Shown: one piece after another, positions 54,970-64,000 of the stretch
How the letters are laid out: each line of letters opens with the position of its first letter
How positions within the stretch are numbered: position 1 is the stretch's first letter
Assembly: GCA_951406725.2 (NCBI GenBank)
Contig: OX597814.1
Span: 45,198,001 to 45,262,000 of the forward strand
Direction: 5' to 3'
DNA from: Octopus vulgaris
Taxonomy: Eukaryota
Length of the DNA stretch: 64,000 bases
The notes under the pieces: generated by a model
Seen by the model: the letters and a program-made list of their open reading frames with translations, nothing else
What the model was told of the DNA's origin: nothing
Database searches by the model: none
Translations under genes and position numbers: made by a program

Positions 54970-57549
54970 TATATGGATAGTTAGAGCGTTGGTCATCACT
55001 AGTTCAAAGCTATTGTAACGTTACTTTCAATCAGTACATTTACTTTTGCATTACAAGCTTTTGCGAATTGGTACTCTATCTTCTAGGAACATCACCTGCG
55101 GTCTATGTTTCTGTGCTGTGTAATCTATAAATCAACTTTTTCTTACGCTCCAACTCAGGGTAACCTACTAAATTAAAAATTTTATTCATATGAAATAAAT
55201 GCTTCAATTTGCCATTCGTCATATGACAGAATACTACACCAATCCCATTCACTAGAAAGGTAACTAACGAAACTGGCATTGCGCTTACCACTCGTGTCAC
55301 ATATTTCACCCCGTTTATTAACTCAACCGATATATTTTCTGAGATGGATTGAGAAGAACCACAGCTTGGCAAAATACCTCAGATATCTCACCGGGCACAC
55401 ACAGAAAAATATTTATTCTATTGACAAAAGAAAATAAATGTCAAAATCGTTATAAGCAACAGTATTGTCTTACCATTTGTAGATACTAAAAACAGAAGCA
55501 ACCTCTCAACAAAATTACTTACTCACGGAGCTATTAATAAGGAAAATGCAAAAATGCAAATAATTCCCTGGAAAATGAGAGACACTAAACAGCATATTCA
55601 TTACGAACATCAAGTGAACTTGTATAAAATCCAAGACAAAAATACCGCACGGGTCTCAACAATGTCATAACATCTTTTAAATTCTACCGAATTTATTGAA
55701 AAGTTCGTGATTACCTTTGAAGCCAGTTCCTGTTATTGTTAAACCACCCTTTCTCTTTCTTTCGTTCTCTCTTTCTCCCTTTCCCTCTCTCTTCTTCCTT
55801 CTCCTTCCAGCACTCCCTACAACATACACTTCTCCACTACCTCTTTTACCACTACTATTGTGACCTGGGCTCCTCGGGTTTGGCTGGTCACGTTTCCCCT
55901 CCACTCAGGCCTTACCGACTCACTTGTCTCTCATTTTCTTATCACCCACGTTGGATCCAATCCCATTACCCCCAAAAGCATTCGCCACACAAGCCTCAAT
56001 CTTCCTCTTAGAATTTTAATCCTCTACAATTCTCTCCTTGCAATTGTCTTCTCTGAAGTCGTGGACTTGAAAATGTTTAAATGAAGCGTGAACCGCATCA
56101 GTCTAACAGTTCTTGTGCAGGGCACTGCAAAGGTCACAGGCACTACTCATTTCTACGTACCTAGCAAATTAAGAAGAAACTAAAAGATCTAAATTATGAA
56201 TGAGTACATCGTTTTTCAGCTTATTTATTTTTCAGCTTATATATGATGACAAAAATTTTCTAATACTCACTCACTCAATATATACTTGCATTTATATATA
56301 TGAAATAGTAGCTGAGTAATTCTGCGACAGTCTTCAGATAGCAGAATTACTGGCTAGTCATAATGTTGTTCAAACAAAGAATCTTTGGATTTCGTTCAAA
56401 ATTTCAACTTGGTCATTTACTTGGTATGCGCTCCAAGTATTTCAAGCATCTAAAATTATTAATAGGAATTATAGGAGTAAAAGATTAGGACGCCTTTAAG
56501 CTAATTGATACGCTTGTTACTTTTAATATAGCTGGAAATGCCAATATTGTCAAGTCTGATGACTTTACCACACTTCCCACCTTTAGTTACTTCCCATGAG
56601 TACTTTACGAATGAATATTGCATTTACGAAGTTTTAATTTACTGTTATTGCACTGTCGTTAAAGCAGGATTCATCCCTGTATGGTAATATACAAGTATTG
56701 ATGCATTTGTTAGTTCTTTTCTTTGATTTACTAACAAAAATATGTCTCTTACTCTTTTATATTAGTTTCGTACCTGAAATTATTCCGTTACTTTATTTAG
56801 ATTGTTTAGTTCGCTACAGCTTTGTGATATATTTAGATCTCCATAGTCTTCTAATACTGTTTCTGAAAATTAAATTTTTCCCAACTAGCTTATTTCTGTC
56901 TTAGTTCATCCTTTGTTCACATCATTAACTTTGTCTTTCATCGGGCTTAAAATAGCTCATATTACAAATCATTTCTTTTTACTTAAATGCTACGTGGCAA
57001 TTTATTAATATGCGATACAGGCTAGCTTCATTGATTTCAATAGCAAAATTCCCATTCTCCAATACTGATTTGTTTAACCAGGCGTAAGTCCTCATATTTA
57101 TAAAATAGACTAAATAGGATGATACTTTCGTGTCTTTCCCAAAGAAATTAGCTATAAAGAGGAAGTAAAATAGATTCAGTCAAGGATCGAAATTTGATCG
57201 TAAACTTTGTCCGCCAGAAACGTGTCTTTAAGCAAAGGTTATACATATCTTGAAGAGATAGATGAAAATTTTTTGACCTCGTTCCTTTCTGAGAGAAAAT
57301 AAAAGTATAAGTAAAGTAAACCAGCTACAACCAGGCATCAGAATTCAGTCCTTAAACTCGGTGCACCAGAAACTAAACTTTTGTGACAAGAGTTCCTGTA
57401 TAAAAACATTCTTTCTGAGAGTGAATAGAGTTAATGGAGAATTCTAAGAGTTACTGTGATGTCTGACTCATGTTATAAGGGTTTTATCAAGGAACAAACT
57501 ACTGCAATAACAGAAACATGAAGACATTTTTCTATAGCAAACTGGTTGT

Positions 57550-58280
57550 TCCGAAGTTATAGAATATGTTCACACAATCTGATAATTAGCTTTCTTCGTC
57601 TTCTGGAAAAAAATCTCGGTAAAATCATTAATGAAATAATTAGAAATAAATGGACCGTCCATAATAAAAGCAATCTCGTACAAAATTATATATTTAGATA
57701 CAGTGCATCTAACGATGTGACGCTATTTTGGCAACAATAGAATAGGAAGTGTTGTATCTGGCAACGAAAGCATTGATAAGAGTGAATATCTCAACATTTT
57801 AAGTGAATCGTCGGTATATCGGCTGAGAAATGCGCCATCAATAACTTTTGTGTTTCAACAGAGTAATGCACCCTTGTCATAACGCCAAATTAGTTAAAGT
57901 ATGGCTGAAGGCAAACAGGATGCATGTTCTGAAATGGCTAGCAAACTGTCCGGAAATGAATCCGATTGAGAACTTATGGAAGATACTTAAACAAAGAGTA
58001 TCTTCAAAGAAATTCACTACTTTGGGCATTCTGAAAAACGGTTGAGAACGAATGAGAAAATTAATGTAGTGCAAATTTTCATGTAGCATTAATAAATCTA
58101 ATGTCGAGTAGGACAGAGGTCTTAAAAGAGGTTAGGAAAGTTACTATAAATATTAAATATATTTAATTGATAATTGGAAATAAATTTACATCTTGTTTAT
58201 ATTGTTTCAGATCTTTTTGTTTTTTAATTTTTCTTTTTGCAACTTGAAATATTAGTGATGTCATAATTATGCTTTTATAG
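57550..58280 (+). mobile_element. Decayed Tc1-like (DD34E) transposase fragment
   Basis: FQQSNA(fs)PCHNAK.VK.WL...[22 protein letters not shown] corresponds to FQQDNAPCH...WPxNSPDLNPIENLW. Ends approximate. Confidence 0.8.
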
Positions 58281-58341
58281 TGTGAAATGTAACTCACATT
58301 TGATCACTTGATTTTCTTCAATAAAAATTTGGTTTGTTATA

Positions 58342-58563
58342 TTCTTTTACTCTTTTACTTGTTTCAGTCATTTGACTGTGGTCATGCTGGAGCACCGCCT
58401 TTAGTCGAGCAAATCGACCTCAGGAATTATTCTTTGTAAACCTAGTACTTATTCTATCGGTTCTTTTGCCGAACCGCTAAGTTACGAGGACGTAAACACA
58501 CCAGCATCGGTCGTCAAGCCATGTTAGGGGAACAATCACAGACACACAAACATATATACACTC

Positions 58564-58640
<77 letters not shown>

Positions 58641-58793
58641 TACGACTTTCAGTTTCCGTCTACCAAATCCACTCACAAGGCTTTGGTCGGCCCGGGGCTA
58701 TAGTAGAAGACACTTGCTCAAGGTACCACACAGTGGGACTGAACCCGGAACCATGTAGTTTGTAAGCAAGCTACTTACCACACAGCCATTCCT
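58342..58793 (-). mobile_element. Full-length tRNA-SINE with internal (TA)n
   Basis: Reverse complement is collinear with 45601-46083. Confidence 0.9.
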
Positions 58794-58859
58794 ACTAAAT
58801 AATGCTTCAAAAGTTATTAAAGACCTTCAAAATGCTTAACTTTAAAACTATTTCATAAC

Positions 58860-58915
<56 letters not shown>

Positions 58916-59014
58916 CACATGTGTGGGGGCTGCATTCAAAGGAGTGACGATGTCTGTCAACTTTTCAAGCACTCCAAAACTATTGAAGTTGATAAGGTTG
59001 GTATTCAGTTTGGA

Positions 59015-59330
59015 TTTCTTTTACTTGTTTCAGTCATTTGACTGTGGCCATGCTGGAGCACCGCCTTTAGTCCAGCAAATCGACCTCAGTTAAAAATTAT
59101 TCTTTGTAAGCCTAGTTGCAACTTATTCTATCGGTGAAGAAAATCTTTTGCCGAACCGGCAAGAAATTACGAGGATGTAGTACATAAAAAAGTACACCAG
59201 TACATCGGTCGTTGGATTTGAGCGATGTTGGGGGGACAATCACAGACACACAAACATATATACACTCACAGATATATATATATATATATATAGATATATA
59301 TATAGCATATATATATATATATATATATTT
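59015..59330 (-). mobile_element. Insertion-riddled partial copy of the 58342 SINE
   Basis: Same order of blocks as 58355-58600, with many short insertions. Confidence 0.75.
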
Positions 59331-60348
59331 GAGCTAGATATGAAATCCAGTGGATTGCCGCTTGGAAAATAATGGTTGGGATAAAGCTTTTTAAATGACA
59401 GTAACTAGAGATGACGAGAGGAAAAGAAATCGATGTGCTAGTATGAACTGACGGGGGAGATAACTATCTTGCTCGTTAAGAGGATGTAATAGAAATGATA
59501 TAAGAAACTGAAGAGGCTGGGAGAAGGAACAATGTTAGATCAAAACATATAAATGTCGATACTTATATGGAGAGGGCAAATGTACAAACAGATACAAAAT
59601 GTCAGTGGTTTGATCCCTTCTTAGAAGAGCACTTAAATTGCTCTCTACAAACAAAACACTAGGTACAGAAACCCACAAAATAAACCAAAACCTATTCAAC
59701 AAACTAATAAGCTAAGAAACCAAGCTATAGAATATTACGATCAGAAATATAATGCAAGAAATATATCATATACTACACTTAATAAAAATACACAGACCAC
59801 ATAAATTATGTGACATGAATCAAACTTATTCAACTGTAGAATAGTTGATCACATTACAAAAAGCACTATTAAATTGAGCGTAAATTGGATTGCACCAGAA
59901 TATAAACTAACAGAAATAATATACTACAAATATTATAAAGACACTTAAATTCTTTAAAAAATTGCTTATCAATAACAAATGGCAGCAATGTAAACCGCGA
60001 ACAAACTACTAATGATCATTATGAATTATAAATTTGATTGCAATCGTAGTGTTTTTAAACTTCCCGATTTCAACTGCTACGTTAGCCTTGCAAGTACGAA
60101 AAACGTGCACCAAATCACCATACACTTACAACAGGAAACAATTACAACCAGTTACCTTACACAAGAGAAAATAAAACTAGATAGAAAAACATTAGCAAAC
60201 AACACATCTATACCATGTAGAACTCCCACACAAAAATAGGACAGCTCAATGTGTAAATATACTGATAACATATTCTAGTCACAAACAAAACTAAATATGC
60301 AACTGGTGATGTGATGTATGAACCAGACGGTAAAATTTTCAAATTCCG

Positions 60349-60421
<73 letters not shown>

Positions 60422-60653
60422 CAACAACAACAACAATAATAATAATAATAATAATAATGATGATGATGATAATAATAATAATAATAATGATGATAATAAC
60501 TACTCCAACTACACTGACCCTGTCAATAACAAAGGCTCAGTAACACATCAACATCCCCTCATACTGAAGATGAGATTATGAAGATTTTTAGATTATACAA
60601 CTAGAACATAGAACATAATCATATTTTCAAAACATCTAAAGAAACGGCTGTTC

Positions 60654-60703
<50 letters not shown>

Positions 60704-61212
60704 CTTAGATTAGAGTAGATATAATCTTGATATTTAAGTTTTACTTGTTTTAGGTTTTTAGCTGGTTATTTTTATTTTAGAAACAAATGTTGGCAACATT
60801 AAATTTTAATATGGGATTATTTTTTTGATAAACTTCATATATCTGCATTCTACTTAAAGAGATAAACTTGTATGGATTGAAGGAAGCTGATTCTGTTAAT
60901 TCTCTCCTTCACCCATTGTTGTTTCATCTTGTAACTGACATAACAATCAATGTTTCACATGATTACCAAAAGTGACCTTAGACATCGGTGTTAAACTGTT
61001 TAAGTTTAATATTTAAATCCTATTGCTCTGTTCGCCACGTTCTCCTTATCGCTCTTCGTGTTCTTCGTATTCTTCGCTCACTTTTTTTGTCGTATATATT
61101 TATATTTATGCATATGTATGTGTATGTATGTATATATGTGTGTGTGTATCACTTATCTCTTTTCCTTTTTATATTCATCTTTCACTTTTCCTTTCATTCT
61201 CACTCACCCTCT

Positions 61213-61254
<42 letters not shown>

Positions 61255-61462
61255 TTCTTTCAGTTTTAGTCCTACATTATTGATTCATTGATTTATATAT
61301 TCATTAATATATGTAGGGCAGTGTGTGCAAATATGCGGGTATGTTCGTGTGTATCCCCTTAGCCTACCCCCTCTCTCTTCTCCCTCGCTCCCTCTCTCCC
61401 TCCCTCCCTCTCTACCATTCAACGCCGTATTGTTGTTTTCTTTTCGATATATACACAATATG

Positions 61463-61928
<466 letters not shown>

Positions 61929-62899
61929 TATACACAATATGTCTACATGAATAACTTTCCTTTCTATTTATTTAGGACGTTTTTCTCAATAGATTGCAAG
62001 GATAAACCCTATTAATCAAAGTTTATCAACACACTATATTATAGGTATCAGAACCAACTGAATTTATATACCTTAAAGTTTTTTGAAAATAATAAGAGAT
62101 TTAGTCTTTCAATTCACATAAAGACGACTTAGTGACTATTACTTTTGTTCGTATTGTTGTTGCTCTTGTTGTCATCGTCGTCGTCGTCGATTCACAGATA
62201 AGCACTAATGGAGAAAACGTATAACCAAATGCTTTCCAGCAGTTACTATCTCGTTTTCTTGTATATCAAACGATCGCGTAATAGATACCACGTTGCCCTT
62301 ATCGAGCAAACCTATGAACAAAGACGTTTCAGCTGTAACAATTCCTTCATTTATTCAAACTTAGGCTAATTAAGAGAACGGTGTATAGGTTTTTCTTTTA
62401 GCACATGCTAATTTGATGTATATCTGGTGATGTTTCTAGTTGGTCGAGAAACCACACAGTTTACCTCGTTGACTCAATAGTAGACTTAGAAGTTTAAAAA
62501 TTCTTGTATATTTTGATTGTTATGGTTGCATATTTACTTTAAAGAATGCAACACGTATGTCTTATCAGTACTCGGATCTCAAATTCTCATTTAATACTTA
62601 CGCATATTGCCGTTGTTGCTGTTGTGGCAGCTGCTACTGTTTTTAGTTTATCTCGAGAAGATTTCTGAAAGTGCATACATATGATTGTGATCAAATGCAT
62701 TCCAGCTGGGTTTCTACTCGCATCTTTAGTTGTTATACTTTACTCGTTGGTTTTGGAAGAAGGAGTAGTGCCCATGACTTTTATAGGCCATACCCCCAAA
62801 ACCGTTGAGCTGAGGGTCATTAATTTTCTTCTTGAAGTCATTTCATGAGGGAAAGATATATGCCGGGAAAGCATTAAAGAAGGCCGGCGTTCTGTTCTG

Positions 62900-64000
62900 G
62901 TAATGAAAGACTAGGCGAAGTGATTAGTGTGAGGACTGAATGTTGAACACAGATGATAGGAGGAGAGACGATTGGGATGGAAGAACTTGAGTAAAGACAG
63001 CAAAAGACCAGCCAGCTCTGAGAAGTACAGCCGGACCATCAGAGTATCAGTAGAAATGGCAGAGAGAGGAGACAGCATGCCGGCGAACCAGAGGTTAGAG
63101 TTTCTGTGAATAATTTTATATCAGTCAGTGACAAAACTCTCTTTAGAATGCAGTATAGAGTGTCTGTGCGTTGGAGAATGAATTATTTTCTAGCTCTAAA
63201 GAGAAGGGTATTTCACTAGAATGCGATCTTATGTTAATGATGTGCTTTCACCAAGACAGATACTCGGTGATAATGAGATCCAACAACTAGAGAAAATTTG
63301 AGTGTTCTAGCTGAGTGTTGCTCGTGATTACAGAGTGAGGTGAAATGATACTTTTTTTTATCCAAACACGATATATGCTTTCTTGCTATCAAAAAAGACA
63401 AAGTCTGATGCTTTCGAGGTTGGTCTCTGTTTATAGAGTTTACGTGTGTTTAGCATGTGGTTATTAGGTTTAGAATGGAGTTTACATGTTTGAAGAATAT
63501 TAGGAATGAAGGAAGAGCAGTGTTATTTGCGTAGGAGTAGGTGTTGCTGAATGTGGCGGCAAGTAAGCCGTTGATGTACAGAAGGAAAAAAGTGGTGAGG
63601 GATTAAACTCGAACCCTAGGGCACCCTGAAACTGATAGGAAGACAGAAAGAGCCCAGTCAACTTACGCGGCCACAGTGCACTCCAACAGAAAGTTACCCA
63701 GCCATGAGATGAGAGAGGGTTGAGCTCTTAGGCGGGAAGTTCCCATAAGATTTTCACATGCGAAACACGAATGAAAACTTTGCTGATATCGAAGGCTACA
63801 GTATGACCTTCACCAAATTCCTTCATGGCAATAGTCTAGTGGTAAGCAACAGAGAAGAGTTGGTCAGTAGCGGAGCAGGCTTTAAGGAAACTTTACTGAT
63901 GGTTATTAAAGGGGAGAGAAAGATTAAAGTTATGAAAGGACATTGTTGTAAATATTTGATTCCATTACCTTAAGGATATCGGAGAAGTTTCCTTTCTTGA
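62900..64000 (-). mobile_element. Decayed APE-type LINE RT fragment (CR1/L2/Jockey group)
   Basis: Minus strand reads FDISKVFVRVSH, RVP*GSSL, FLLYING and YANNT, corresponding to LDISKAFDRVWH, GVPQGS, FLLYIND and YADDT. Confidence 0.7.

Noticed and set aside
55100-55590. Run of strong-looking minus-strand splice sites suggesting a gene with ~40-nt introns or micro-exons
   Set aside because: Joining the candidate exons gives stops in all three frames. The plus strand instead shows faint PLE thumb/linker motifs (LPLV..FHP, NNVI), so a decayed element is more likely.

Overview
AT-rich, microsatellite-dense eukaryotic intergenic or intronic DNA, made almost entirely of nested and decayed transposable elements. 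The SINE families and repeat style resemble an octopus (cephalopod) genome; this is inferred from remembered repeat families, not from a search. No host protein-coding gene can be supported, and most ORF-track entries are microsatellite translations. Supported content: Penelope-like elements (a Neptune-type element split by an RTE LINE with a 10-bp TSD, a Naiad-type GIY-YIG fragment inside (TA)n with a well-formed hammerhead ribozyme, and a second Neptune 3' fragment); three R4/Dong-like RLE LINEs (two abutting (TAA)n, one inside (CATA)n); a full-length dead mellifera-like mariner; other mariner, Tc1 and piggyBac relics; many tRNA-SINEs; a 28S rRNA fragment; and many inverted repeats. The most unusual object is a ~465-bp element at 61463-61928. 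It combines a tRNA (Pol III) head, a Penelope-type minimal hammerhead tail, an inverted 5' copy of that tail and a 13-bp TSD, so it is a candidate SINE mobilised by Penelope machinery.
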